Positions 38,550-48,539 of a stretch of 64,000 bases of DNA are shown piece by piece. Position numbers and translations under genes: made by a program. Under the pieces are notes generated by a model, which was not told where the DNA came from, did no database searches, and saw only the letters and a list, made by a program, of their open reading frames with translations. The stretch is taken from contig CAVTNR010000012.1 of the NCBI GenBank assembly GCA_963736115.1, positions 382,461 to 446,460 on the forward strand, read 5' to 3'. The DNA comes from an uncultured bacterium. GTDB lineage: Bacteria; Zhuqueibacterota; QNDG01; DTFT01. The number at the start of each line of letters is the position of its first letter. The first letter of the stretch is position 1.

Positions 38550-40646
38550 TTATTTCAGCCCCCGCTTCTCCAGAAGCGCGTCAATCGAGGGCGGCGCGCC
38601 GCGGAACCGCTGGTACAGCACCATGGGATCCTCGGTGTTCCCGGCTTCGAGTATGTTCTTCCGGAACGCGGCGGCCAGCTTCGGGTTGAACAGCCCGGCT
38701 TTCTCGAAGGCCCTGAACGCGTCCGCGTCCAGAACTTCGGCCCAGATGTAGCTGTAATAGCCGGCCGAATAACCGCCGCTGAAGATATGGGCGAAATACG
38801 GGCTCCGGTAACGGGAGACGATTTCGGGCATGAGCCCGATCCGGTCCAGGGACGCCTTCTCGAACGCGGCCGCGTCCTGCGGCGCGCTGTCGGTCAGCGT
38901 GTGCCAGTCCATGTCGAGGAATGATGCGGCCAGGTACTCGACTGTGATAAATCCCTGGTTGAACAACCCGGCTTTGCGTATCTTTCCGATCAGGGCGTCC
39001 GGTATGGGTTTGCCGGTCTGATAATGGACGGCGTACCGCTTCATCACTTCCGGCGCGAAGGCCCAGTTTTCCATGATTTGCGAGGGCAGTTCCACGAAAT
39101 CGCGCGGCACGCTCGTGCCCGACAACGTGAGATACGTGCACTGGCTGAGCAGGCCATGCAGGGCGTGGCCGAATTCATGGAACAGGGTCTCGACCTCCTC
39201 CAGGCTCAGCAGGGAGGGCTGGTCCGCCGTGGGCTTCGAGAAATTGCCGACATTGACGATGATAGGCCGGATGTTTTCCCCGTCCTTTTTGTACTGCTCC
39301 CTGAAATTGCTCATCCAGGCGCCGCCCGATTTGCTGGCCCTCGGGTAATAATCCGTGTAGAGGATGCCGATCAGGGAATCCGCGGTGTCGCGCACCTCGA
39401 AGGTTTCGGCGTCCGCGTGGTATTTCGGGATGTCCGTGCGTTCGATGAAGCGCAGGCCGAAAAGCCGCGTGGCCACGTCGAACACGCCCTTCCGTACGTT
39501 CTTCATCTCGAGATACGGCCTCAATTCCTCCTCGTCGAGGTCGTACTTGGCTTTCTTGATTTTCTCCGCGTAATACCACCAGTCCCACGGCTTGAGCTCG
39601 AAATCCCCGCCTTCCTTTTGAATCATCGCGCGCATTTCCGCGGCTTCGCCGCCGGCGCGTTTCAGTGCCGGCGTCCAGAGCTGGTTCAGCAGGTCGTATA
39701 CGGCTTTCGGGTTCTTGGCCATGCTGTTTTCAAGAGCCAGGTCCGCGAATGTGGCGAAACCGAGCAGTTTCGCCTTGTCCACGCGAAGGGATGCCATCCG
39801 CGTCAGGATCTTGTTGTTATCCAGCTCGTCGCCGTGATCGCCGCGCATGATGTATCCGTAGAACATTTTCTCCCGGAGGTCCCGTTTTTCGGAGTACTGC
39901 AGAAATGGAATCAGGCTGGGCTTGTGAAGCGTGAACGCCCATTTCCCTTCATGGCCCCTCTCCTTGGCGGTTTCGGCCGCGGTCGCGATTACGGCTGGCG
40001 GAAGCCCGGCCAGATCGTCCTGTTTGTCGAGGACCAGCTCGAACTTGTTGTTCTCCTTCAGAATGTTCTCGCCGAACTGAACGGACAGTACGGACAGCTC
40101 CTCGTTCATTTTCCGGAGCCTGGCCTTGTCGGCGTCACCGAGATTGGCGCCGTTGCGCACGAAGCGCTTGACCATCTCCTCGAGAGCCCGGTTCTGTTCC
40201 GGATTCAGGCTGAGCGTGTCGCGGCCGTCGTACACGGCCTTGATCCGCTTGAACAGGCCGGCGTTGAGCAGGATGTCATCCCGGTGGGCCGAGCGCAGGG
40301 GCGCCAGCTCTTTTTCCAGGGCCTGCATGGTGTCATTCGTCATGGAGCCGGTCATGTTGTCGAACACGTTCGTCACACGCGACAGGTACTCGCCGGAGAA
40401 ATCCAGGACCTCGAGCGTGTTCCTGAAGGTGGCCGCCTCGGGATTTCGGACAATGGCCTCAATCTCCCGGTTTTCGAGCTTGATGCCCTTGAGGATGGCG
40501 GGTTTGTAGTGTTCGATGCGGATCTGATCAAAGGGAGGTGTCCCGAAGGGGGTGTCCCAGTCCGAGTCGAACGGGTTGGGGCCGGAACCGGCACAGGAGA
40601 GAACCAGAACCAGCAGGCTGAACGCGGGCAGACAGACGCTTTTCAT
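38550..40646 (-). CDS. dcp: Peptidyl-dipeptidase Dcp / M3A metallopeptidase (lipoprotein)
   Basis: Lipobox VLSC, KSGGAWM, FHEFGHALH, RDFVELPSQIME, GYSAGYYSYIWAEVLDAD. Confidence 0.93.
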   Translation of the reverse strand: MKSVCLPAFSLLVLVLSCAGSGPNPFDSDWDTPFGTPPFDQIRIEHYKPAILKGIKLENREIEAIVRNPEAATFRNTLEVLDFSGEYLSRVTNVFDNMTGSMTNDTMQALEKELAPLRSAHRDDILLNAGLFKRIKAVYDGRDTLSLNPEQNRALEEMVKRFVRNGANLGDADKARLRKMNEELSVLSVQFGENILKENNKFELVLDKQDDLAGLPPAVIATAAETAKERGHEGKWAFTLHKPSLIPFLQYSEKRDLREKMFYGYIMRGDHGDELDNNKILTRMASLRVDKAKLLGFATFADLALENSMAKNPKAVYDLLNQLWTPALKRAGGEAAEMRAMIQKEGGDFELKPWDWWYYAEKIKKAKYDLDEEELRPYLEMKNVRKGVFDVATRLFGLRFIERTDIPKYHADAETFEVRDTADSLIGILYTDYYPRASKSGGAWMSNFREQYKKDGENIRPIIVNVGNFSKPTADQPSLLSLEEVETLFHEFGHALHGLLSQCTYLTLSGTSVPRDFVELPSQIMENWAFAPEVMKRYAVHYQTGKPIPDALIGKIRKAGLFNQGFITVEYLAASFLDMDWHTLTDSAPQDAAAFEKASLDRIGLMPEIVSRYRSPYFAHIFSGGYSAGYYSYIWAEVLDADAFRAFEKAGLFNPKLAAAFRKNILEAGNTEDPMVLYQRFRGAPPSIDALLEKRGLK

Positions 40647-40807
40647 GGGATGCTCCTTATACTGGACGGGGAGTCAAATCAAAGCTGATTTGAGTATACG
40701 CAAAACAGAGAAAATTGTTTCCATCGACCCGAAATGGACGGATGCGAGTCGGCGGTAAAGGCTGTCGAACCGCATGCGAGACGCGGAATGCTCAATGGGA
40801 TCGACAT

Positions 40808-41147
40808 GATGAAGGACCCCGCCGCCCCGCAGCGCGGGATCAAGCTATTCTATTTACGAATTATTGAAGACAAGCAGCGGCGTATCACGGGAAACTCGGA
40901 TGATGGACGCCGCCCCGCTGCGCGGGACCAAGCTATTATATGCCTTCTGGTTGAAGGCAAGCGGCGGGCCTTCAATAATGAACAAATCTCATTGCTTGGT
41001 CCGGCGAAGTCTTCAATAGTAAGCATCTGCAGCTTGATCCCGCATCGCGGGGCCGGGGAATTCGACCCGTCGGAGCGGCCGGAAGCCCAATCTCCTATCA
41101 TCCAGAAAAATTGGGCCCAGAATGACCAGGCTTCTGGCCGCCCGATT
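40808..41147. mobile_element. 160-bp element copy C carrying four inserted ~45-bp modules (one nested inside another)
   Basis: Removing 40826-40871, 40914-40958 and 40968-41056 restores a 160-bp element colinear with copies A and B. Confidence 0.85.
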
Positions 41148-41196
41148 CAAGTCAAAAAGGAGGACTCCTTATCTTGTGCCCGCCGGCAGGCCGGGT

Positions 41197-41967
41197 TTAT
41201 TCCTTATCCGCGATCACCAGCATCTCGAAATCTTCGGTCGTCAGGCTGTCGTTCCGGCTGAATGCGCCGAGTTTCGCCCCGAATATGCCGATCTCCCCGA
41301 ACCCCAGCGATTTCAGGAGCCATGTGATCTCCGATGGGACATAGTATCGCTCGTTGCACTTGAGCGACTTTTTCCCGCCGGAATCGTCCGTGAATTCTTC
41401 GACGGTATTGTTTCGGAATGTCATCAGATCAAATGTGGCGTCAGGGGACGCGGCGAGACCGCCGCTATTCCCGGAAGTCATGAATGCACGAACGGAATGG
41501 AACAGCGGAAACAGCCCATTCAGGGTCGTGAAGATGAACCGGCCCCCGGGCTTCAGACTGCGACTCGCGTTCTCGAGAATCCGAAAATTCATCTCGTCGG
41601 TCTCCATCAGTGGAAAACCGCCTTCACACAGCATGATCGCCAGATCGAAAACGTCGTTGTAATGAGGTTCCCTCGCGTCATGTCTGCGGAATTCGATGTT
41701 CAGCGACTTTGCTGCGGCTTTTTCCCTCGCGGCCGCAAGCTGCGATTCGGACAGGTCGATGCCCGTTACGGAATACCCCCGGCCCGCGAGTTCGACGGCG
41801 TGCCTGCCGGTGCCGCATCCGATATCGATTATTTTCTTCTTCCGGTCCCGGCCGAGCTCGTTCTCGAGAAAGTCGCATTCTCCGGTCGTGCCCTGCGTGA
41901 AGACTTCGGCGTCGTAGGTCGCCGCGTAATTATCGAACAACGCTTCGTACCAGGGTTTCATTTGCAT
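41197..41967 (-). CDS. Class I SAM-dependent methyltransferase
   Basis: IIDIGCGTGRH, GIDLS, SLKPGGRF. Confidence 0.88.
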   Translation of the reverse strand: MQMKPWYEALFDNYAATYDAEVFTQGTTGECDFLENELGRDRKKKIIDIGCGTGRHAVELAGRGYSVTGIDLSESQLAAAREKAAAKSLNIEFRRHDAREPHYNDVFDLAIMLCEGGFPLMETDEMNFRILENASRSLKPGGRFIFTTLNGLFPLFHSVRAFMTSGNSGGLAASPDATFDLMTFRNNTVEEFTDDSGGKKSLKCNERYYVPSEITWLLKSLGFGEIGIFGAKLGAFSRNDSLTTEDFEMLVIADKE

Positions 41968-41992
41968 CCTCGATTATGGTTTTCCCGCCATT

Positions 41993-42142
41993 TGAAGCTC
42001 CCCGCGGCCCGCTTCGCGGGATCAAGCTATTTGATTTGTGAATTATTGAAGACAAGCCGCAGGGAATCTTCTATCTGTAGTGAAGAAGATATTTTATATT
42101 CGCTCGCTTACCCCGCCGCAAGCGGCTGGGTAAGCGAGCGAT
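41993..42142. mobile_element. Palindromic element (AAGCTCCCCGC...CGCTCGCTTACCCCGCCGCAAGCGGC) with an inserted 46-bp module at 42008-42053
   Basis: GCCGCAAGCGGC hairpins shared with the 160-bp family; the module interrupts the first hairpin. Confidence 0.7.
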
Positions 42143-42147
42143 CAGAT

Positions 42148-43566
42148 TCATTCAGTCGGCCCCCGGCCGGAATGACGACCCCGCAGGAGCGGTCGGATTT
42201 CAGACACCTTCAATATCCCGCATTGTTCCTTCACTTTCCGGACATACGCCTGCATGTCGAATTTACGCTCAAGACCTTTGTCATTCATGTAACGGACCTT
42301 TCCGAAAACCGGGCGCTCCCCCCACGGCCGGTCGTGCTTCCCGAATATCCAGGCCGCGCCCGCGTAACCGTTCGGGTCCCGGCCGTCCAGAAAGTACCGG
42401 TTGTTGAGCCGGATCAGGAGGCTGTACGCCTCTTCCGGATCGGACGTCCATTCGAGTATCTTCTTCCCCCAGTACATGCGCATGTAGCCGTGCATCTTGC
42501 CACGGCATACCATCTCGGTCTGTGCGGCGTTCCAGTACGGATCGTGCGTGTCGGCGGACGCGAGCGCTTCGGGCGTGTAGCGGAAAGGCCGCCTGTCCCT
42601 GGTGTGAAGCCGGAGCGTCTCGCGTGCCCAGGCGGGAAGGGATTCGAATGCGTCATAACGGCCGTTATAACGGACGAAATTCATGGACAGCTCGCGCCGC
42701 ACGATCAATTCCTCGAGAAAAGGTTCTGTCGAGGGCGAGCCGGTTTCCTTGACGGCCATGGCGACGGCCAGCGGTGAGATCTGGCCGAAATGCAGATAGG
42801 GGCTGAGATCCGAAAGAAAATCGAGCGAGGGATCGTTCCGTGATGTTCTGAATCCTTCGAGTTTACGTGAGAGAAAAATATTCAGCGTCTTCTCCGCCGC
42901 CTGTTCGCCCGGCACCAGCCAGAGCACCGGTTCGACGGACCGGTCGAGGCTGAGCGTCCGGAGCAGCGCGTCGGGCCGGTTCGGGTCCTCGGAGCGCATG
43001 CGGATTCCGAGCGAATCCTTCCTCAGCCTGCGTTTCCGCACCGGGCTGAGAAACGCGCCGAGACGGGTTTTTATTTTCGGCCTGAGCACGGCCGCGGAAT
43101 AGGCTTCATGGTCCATCGCCGTTTCCACCGGAACAATGACGTCCGTCTCGACTTCGAGAAGGCCGCAGTCCAGCCGGTCCGCGGCCTTCTCGCGCCAGAC
43201 CCTCTGGACGCGGAGGTATCCCCGGTCGACCACGACCAGCGCAGCCTGTTCGGCCGCCTCGGCCACGGCGATTTCCGGACGGCCTTTTCTCAGGATGAAC
43301 CGGATGCCGCGTTTTTTCAGCCGTTCCGCCGTGACAGTCAGTCCTTCCAGCATGAACGAGTAGTGCCGCAGATTGGCGTCCGGAAAATCCTCCGTCAGGC
43401 AGAATAAAACGACCAGGGGCAGGCTTCTCTCATTGGCCCGGTCGGCCGCGTATTCCAGCGCGTGATTCCATTCGCTCCGCTGAGCCTGCTGCATCCAGTA
43501 CAGGACGTATTTCCCGTCGCGGGCCGGCCTGTCGTTCAACGGTCGGATACGCTCGGAATGGATCAT
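42148..43566 (-). CDS. phr: Deoxyribodipyrimidine photolyase, class II
   Basis: VLYWMQ...NHAL, SDLSPYLHFGQIS, EELIVRREL, KMHGYMRMYWGKKILEW, DGRDPNGY, FGKVRYM. Confidence 0.92.
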   Translation of the reverse strand: MIHSERIRPLNDRPARDGKYVLYWMQQAQRSEWNHALEYAADRANERSLPLVVLFCLTEDFPDANLRHYSFMLEGLTVTAERLKKRGIRFILRKGRPEIAVAEAAEQAALVVVDRGYLRVQRVWREKAADRLDCGLLEVETDVIVPVETAMDHEAYSAAVLRPKIKTRLGAFLSPVRKRRLRKDSLGIRMRSEDPNRPDALLRTLSLDRSVEPVLWLVPGEQAAEKTLNIFLSRKLEGFRTSRNDPSLDFLSDLSPYLHFGQISPLAVAMAVKETGSPSTEPFLEELIVRRELSMNFVRYNGRYDAFESLPAWARETLRLHTRDRRPFRYTPEALASADTHDPYWNAAQTEMVCRGKMHGYMRMYWGKKILEWTSDPEEAYSLLIRLNNRYFLDGRDPNGYAGAAWIFGKHDRPWGERPVFGKVRYMNDKGLERKFDMQAYVRKVKEQCGILKVSEIRPLLRGRHSGRGPTE

Positions 43567-44081
43567 GGCCGGGCCTTCCTTTGTAACGGCATGCCGTCTC
43601 GCTTCAATAAACGCGGATCCACCGCTGTCGCGGACACCAGGCTCCGCGTGTGCAGGTACCGGTTCACCCGGATGCGGAGCAGGACGACGTCCTCTTCCTT
43701 CATGTAACGCTTGAAATTCCGGTGCCTCCTGAAAAATACGGCGGACGCCGCCGCTGCTTCAGCGCCCGAAACGGCCCGGACGGTTCCTGTCACGGTCATG
43801 CCGCAGGCGCCTTCGATTCGACCGCCGGAGCCGGGCCTCTCGTCGATGACCAGGGAAACGTTCGGGTTCAGGCGCAGGTTCCTGTATTTGGCCGAATGTC
43901 TGGGCGTGAGGAAAACGAGGCCCGCGCCTTCGTCCACGGCCGCGAACGCGATCAGGGAGGCGTGCGGGCCCGCCTCGGACGAAGTGGCGAGTACGGCGAA
44001 GCGCTGGGTTCTCAGCAGGCGCCGCACGTCCGCCAGCACGCCGCGGGGCGGAGATTGGTTCTTGTTCAAGACTGAACCCAT
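43563..44081 (-). CDS. Pyridoxamine 5'-phosphate oxidase-like FMN-binding protein
   Basis: QRFAVLAT, PHASLIAF, KYRNLRLNPNVSLVID. Confidence 0.8.
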   Translation of the reverse strand: MGSVLNKNQSPPRGVLADVRRLLRTQRFAVLATSSEAGPHASLIAFAAVDEGAGLVFLTPRHSAKYRNLRLNPNVSLVIDERPGSGGRIEGACGMTVTGTVRAVSGAEAAAASAVFFRRHRNFKRYMKEEDVVLLRIRVNRYLHTRSLVSATAVDPRLLKRDGMPLQRKARP

Positions 44082-44205
44082 GCGCTGTCTCCCTCAGGGT
44101 ACGTTGATCCGGATGACGGACGCGCCGGAGAATGGAGGGAAATCTCCGGGGATGGAACGCTCTTTCAGGCGTGCGGGCCGATTGTTTCAGATGGCCCCGG
44201 AATCC

Positions 44206-45840
44206 TTAAAAGAGGCCGGTGATATTTCCCTCGTCATCGACGTCTATCTTCTCGGCGGCGGGAATCAGGGGAAGCCCGGGCATGCGCATGATATCGCCGG
44301 TGATCGGGATGACGAAACCGGCGCCCGCGGCCACTTCGATCTCCCGCACCTGGATGCTGAAATTTTCCGGCCTTCCCAGCAGTTTCGGGTCGTCGGAGAG
44401 GGAGTTTTGGGTTTTCGCCATGCACACCGGCAGTTTTTCGAGGCCGAGCTTCTTGATTTTCTCCAGATCGTCCTTGGCCTTGGCCGTGTATTCGACGGCT
44501 TTGGCGCCGTAGATGTTCCTGGCGATGGTATCCACCTTTTTGGGGATGTCCCAGGTCCAATCATAGGTGGGTTTGTACCGGGTATTGCATTTCCGGGCGA
44601 TATCACAGACGATTTCCGCGAGTTCCATGGAGCCTTCTCCGCCCTTTCCCCACACATCCGCCACGGAAGCGGAAACGCCCAGTTCCCGGCACCTGTCCTT
44701 CACAATGGCCAGTTCCTCGTCCGTGTCCGAGGCGAAACGGTTGATCGCCACGGCCGCCCCGACCTTGAACGCGAGTATGTTCTCGAGATGCTTTTCCAGG
44801 TTCCGCATGCCACGCTTCAGCGCCTCTTTGTCCGGCAAATTCACGGACTGGAGGTCCGCGCCACCGTGATACTTCAGGGCTTTCAGCGTCGCGACCAGCA
44901 CCACGGCCTTGGGCGACAGCCCGGAATATCCGCACTTGATATCGAAGAACTTCTCCGCGCCCAGGTCGAAAGCGAATCCGGCTTCGGTGACCGCGTAATC
45001 GGACAGGGAAAGCCCCATCTTGGTCGCCAGGACAGTGTTGGTTCCCTGGGCGATGTTGGCGAAAGGGCCGCCGTGTATGATCGCCGGGTTCCCCTCTATC
45101 GTCTGCACCAGATTGGGCAGAACCGCGTCCTTCAGCAGGGCGGTCATCGCGCCGCTCGCCTTCAGGTCACGCGCGTAAATCGGGTTCCGGTCATGGGTGA
45201 AGCCGACGAAGATGTTCCCCAGCCGCGCTTTCAGATCAGGCAGGCTCTCCGCAAGGCACAGAATGGCCATGACCTCCGAGGCCGCGGTGATGTCGAACCC
45301 GGTCTCGCGGGGCACGCCGGACAGGGTCCCGCCCAGTCCGACGATGATTTTTCTCAGCGACCGGTCGTTCATGTCCATGACGCGCTTCCAGTGCACCGTG
45401 CGCGGATCGATTCCCAGGGAGTACTTCCGGTTCTGGATGTTGTTGTCGATCAGCGCGGCCAGCAGGTTGTGGGCCTTTTCGACGGCCGAGAAATCGCCCG
45501 TGAAATGGAGGTTGATGTCCTCCATCGGGACCACCTGGGCGCGGCCGCTTCCCGTCGCCCCGCCCTTGATGCCGAACACCGGGCCCAGCGAGGGCTCGCG
45601 GAGCACGACCGTGGTCCGCTTTCCGATTCGGTTCATGCCCTGGGTCAGGCCGATGGAAACGGTCGTCTTGCCCTCGCCCGCGGGGGTGGGAGATATGGCC
45701 GAGACCAGGATCAGGTTGCTCCGGCTCCAGGCCGCGGCGTCTATGTATTTCAGCGGCACCTTGGCCTTGTACTTGCCGTAGAGGATGAGATCGTCTTCCG
45801 CAATGTTCAGCTGTGCCGCGATTTCCCGGATGGGTTTCAT
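44206..45840 (-). CDS. fhs: Formate--tetrahydrofolate ligase
   Basis: PTPAGEGKTT, LREPSLGP, INLHFTGD, HGGPFANIA, TEAGF, MPGLP. Confidence 0.95.
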   Translation of the reverse strand: MKPIREIAAQLNIAEDDLILYGKYKAKVPLKYIDAAAWSRSNLILVSAISPTPAGEGKTTVSIGLTQGMNRIGKRTTVVLREPSLGPVFGIKGGATGSGRAQVVPMEDINLHFTGDFSAVEKAHNLLAALIDNNIQNRKYSLGIDPRTVHWKRVMDMNDRSLRKIIVGLGGTLSGVPRETGFDITAASEVMAILCLAESLPDLKARLGNIFVGFTHDRNPIYARDLKASGAMTALLKDAVLPNLVQTIEGNPAIIHGGPFANIAQGTNTVLATKMGLSLSDYAVTEAGFAFDLGAEKFFDIKCGYSGLSPKAVVLVATLKALKYHGGADLQSVNLPDKEALKRGMRNLEKHLENILAFKVGAAVAINRFASDTDEELAIVKDRCRELGVSASVADVWGKGGEGSMELAEIVCDIARKCNTRYKPTYDWTWDIPKKVDTIARNIYGAKAVEYTAKAKDDLEKIKKLGLEKLPVCMAKTQNSLSDDPKLLGRPENFSIQVREIEVAAGAGFVIPITGDIMRMPGLPLIPAAEKIDVDDEGNITGLF

Positions 45841-45900
45841 GGATCAGGGATCCTTCCGCATTTGGACAAGTCCATATTCCGGGACATTCCCGGAACGTTC

Positions 45901-48036
45901 CTATTTCACGAGCGTACAGGCAGTCGCGGTTGTAGTCGCGCCTGACTTCAACCGGACCACGTACACGCCGGAAGGCGCGGACGGCACGGATGACGCGTCC
46001 CAGACTTCGGTGTGTACGCCGGCCTTCCGTCTTCCGGACGCCGGTTTTCCGGCGATCCGTCCCGCGGCGTCGAATACGGTCAGTTCGACGTCCGCATCCG
46101 CGGCCAGCTCGTATTCCACGGTCAGACAGCCGTTAAATGGATTGGGATACAGCCGCACCACTGCGGGCGATTCGGGTTTCAGGGCCGCGGTTTCGGATAC
46201 CCCTGTCGCGGCGGATCCGCTGCTCCGGTATATGCCCGCGCCCCAGGTCCCGGCCAGCACGGCATTTCCCTCGTCCGCGGCCACGCAGGTGACGTATTCG
46301 ATGTACAGCCCGGAGGTGAACTGCTGCCAGGTCGCGCCCGGGGCCGTCAGCACGTACACACCCCCGTACGTCGTGGCTCCGAACAGATGACCTTCCCCAT
46401 TGACGCAAAAGCGCTCGATGGTCTGATGGAACCCCTCCCCGGCCTTGCCCCAGGTCTCACCGCCGTCTCCGGACACATACACCCCGTGCATGAACACGGA
46501 AGCGAACAGATTGCCGCGGCCGTCCAACTCCAGGGCCTTGATGATATTGCCCGGCAGATCACCGTTCTTCGGCTGCCACGTAGCCCCGTTGTCATCGGAA
46601 CGGAACAGACCGTTCGACGCAGTGCCCGCGAAGAGACGGCCATGGCCGTCCGAGATGAGGCTGTTGACATGCAGATCGGTGATGCCGTTGTTGACCGGCG
46701 TCCAGGTGACGCATCCGTCCAGGGAGCGGTACACGCCGTGCATAGAGGTGGCCGCGAAAACCGAGGTTCCGCTGCCGAACGCCAGGGCCGTGACGTGTCT
46801 GTACTGCAGATCATTGTCGAACCGGGTCCAGGAAACGCCTTTGTCGTCCGACACGCAGACGCCGCCGTCTTTCACGCCTGCCAGCACGCGGCCGGCTGCG
46901 TCAAACGCAAGGGCGCAGACATAACTTCGGATGGCTTCTGCCCGCGACGGCGTCCAGGTCAGACCCCGATCGGACGATGTGAACAGTCCGTTATGATAGG
47001 TGGCTGCGTACAGGGTGCCGTCCGGGCCTCTCGCCAGGGTCTGCATGTGCGTGTTTGTGATGCCTTCATAGCGGGGCTCCCAGGAATCGCCGCCGTTTCC
47101 GGTTGTGTACACACCCTGTCCGTAGAACCCGGCGTACACCGCGCCCCCCGGACCCGCGACCAGAACGTCCGCACTCGGATTGTCGAGCCCGGTTTCCGCA
47201 TAGGTCCAAGTACTCCCGTCGTCCGGGGATTTCTGAAGGGAACCGCCGGTGCTGAGAAGAATGCGGCCGTCCGGGCACACGGCCACGGCATCGGCCACGA
47301 AACCGGTCATGAGACCGTTGATGTCCGTCCATGCGTCCCCGCCGTTCACGGACATGTAAATACCGTTGCCCTGGGTCGACACGTACACCTTCCGGTCGCC
47401 ATGCGCCGCGATCGCAAGAAACCAGACGACCGGAAGGCCGTTTTCAAGGGTTTCCCACGTGTCCCCGTCGTTCCGCGAGCGGTACAATCTGCCGCGTGTG
47501 CCGAGATACAGAGTTCCATGGCCGTCCGAAACCAGGGCCTCCACCGTGAAATTGGACAATCCCGAGCTGGCCAGGGTCCATGTCGCGCCGTCGTCCGTCG
47601 AGCGGAATACCTTTCCCCCGAATCCGCCCGCGAACACATGCCCGTTGTCGTGAACGGCCACGGACTGGGGCTGCATGTCCGTGATTCCCGTATTCGCGGC
47701 GCTCCAGGTTGCCCCGCCGTCCAGGGTGCGGAACACGCCGTTGTTCAAGGTGGCGACGAACACGACATCCGTACGACCGGCCGCGATCGCGTTGATCCGC
47801 TTGTCCGTCAGGCCCTGGGCGTAATGGGTCCAATGAAGTCCGTTGTCGTCCGAACGGTACACGCCGCAGTCCACAGTGCCGATGTACATGCGGCCGGCTG
47901 CGTCGAATGCGATGCCGGACACAATACCGCTTCCCGGCCCGGGAAGCGGCTCCCAGGTGATCCCGTCCCCGGCCAGGGGCGCGGCTAGAAAAACGGTCGC
48001 GAGCAGAAGCAGTCCTATACTGATGCGGTTCCTCAC
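45901..48036 (-). CDS. Secreted BNR/Asp-box beta-propeller protein with T9SS-type C-terminal domain
   Basis: Signal peptide; about 14 SxDxGxxW repeats; YPNPFN...SGVYVVRL tail. Confidence 0.85.
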   Translation of the reverse strand: MRNRISIGLLLLATVFLAAPLAGDGITWEPLPGPGSGIVSGIAFDAAGRMYIGTVDCGVYRSDDNGLHWTHYAQGLTDKRINAIAAGRTDVVFVATLNNGVFRTLDGGATWSAANTGITDMQPQSVAVHDNGHVFAGGFGGKVFRSTDDGATWTLASSGLSNFTVEALVSDGHGTLYLGTRGRLYRSRNDGDTWETLENGLPVVWFLAIAAHGDRKVYVSTQGNGIYMSVNGGDAWTDINGLMTGFVADAVAVCPDGRILLSTGGSLQKSPDDGSTWTYAETGLDNPSADVLVAGPGGAVYAGFYGQGVYTTGNGGDSWEPRYEGITNTHMQTLARGPDGTLYAATYHNGLFTSSDRGLTWTPSRAEAIRSYVCALAFDAAGRVLAGVKDGGVCVSDDKGVSWTRFDNDLQYRHVTALAFGSGTSVFAATSMHGVYRSLDGCVTWTPVNNGITDLHVNSLISDGHGRLFAGTASNGLFRSDDNGATWQPKNGDLPGNIIKALELDGRGNLFASVFMHGVYVSGDGGETWGKAGEGFHQTIERFCVNGEGHLFGATTYGGVYVLTAPGATWQQFTSGLYIEYVTCVAADEGNAVLAGTWGAGIYRSSGSAATGVSETAALKPESPAVVRLYPNPFNGCLTVEYELAADADVELTVFDAAGRIAGKPASGRRKAGVHTEVWDASSVPSAPSGVYVVRLKSGATTTATACTLVK

Positions 48037-48081
48037 CTCACCTCTCCTCCTCTTCGACTTTGGCCACCCGGAAATAACGGG

Positions 48082-48495
48082 TCAACGCGGAAACATCCCG
48101 AGCCACCGGCCCGCGGCGGTTCCGGCCAAAGTCGTCAGCGTGCTGAGCACGGCCCCCCAGACCATGTCCACCAGTGTGACGGTCAGGGGCCAGTTTTTAA
48201 CAGTGGCGAGATTCGTCAGGTCATAGGTGGCGTACGTGATCAGGCCGAACAAGGCGCCGCGTAGAACCGTCGCCCCGATGGAGCCGGCTTTCAGTCCGGG
48301 AACCACCACGAACACCAGCAATCCGGCAATGAACAACAGGTAGAAGATGATTGCCGCGGGCCAGTTGACCTCAGGCGCCATCAGGTAACCGAGGTGCTTC
48401 CGGTAGAATCCCTTTGCGACCAGTCCCAGCCAGACCATATCGATCACGAAAAAAGCCGCGAACGTGATGGCGTAAAGTTTCAGATAAGTCCACAT
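48082..48495 (-). CDS. DUF2177 family membrane protein
   Basis: IDMVWLG, FYLLF, YATYDLTNLAT, VDMVWG. Confidence 0.88.
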   Translation of the reverse strand: MWTYLKLYAITFAAFFVIDMVWLGLVAKGFYRKHLGYLMAPEVNWPAAIIFYLLFIAGLLVFVVVPGLKAGSIGATVLRGALFGLITYATYDLTNLATVKNWPLTVTLVDMVWGAVLSTLTTLAGTAAGRWLGMFPR

Positions 48496-48539
48496 GGCAG
48501 TTTCTCCTTTTCCCGGGTTCGGGGACCGAGTCCGGTCCG

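Noticed and set aside
40808-41147. Possible CRISPR mini-array (repeated hairpins with variable AT-rich spacers)
   Set aside because: Units occur in both orientations, are nested and dispersed, and no cas genes are present; insertion elements explain them better.
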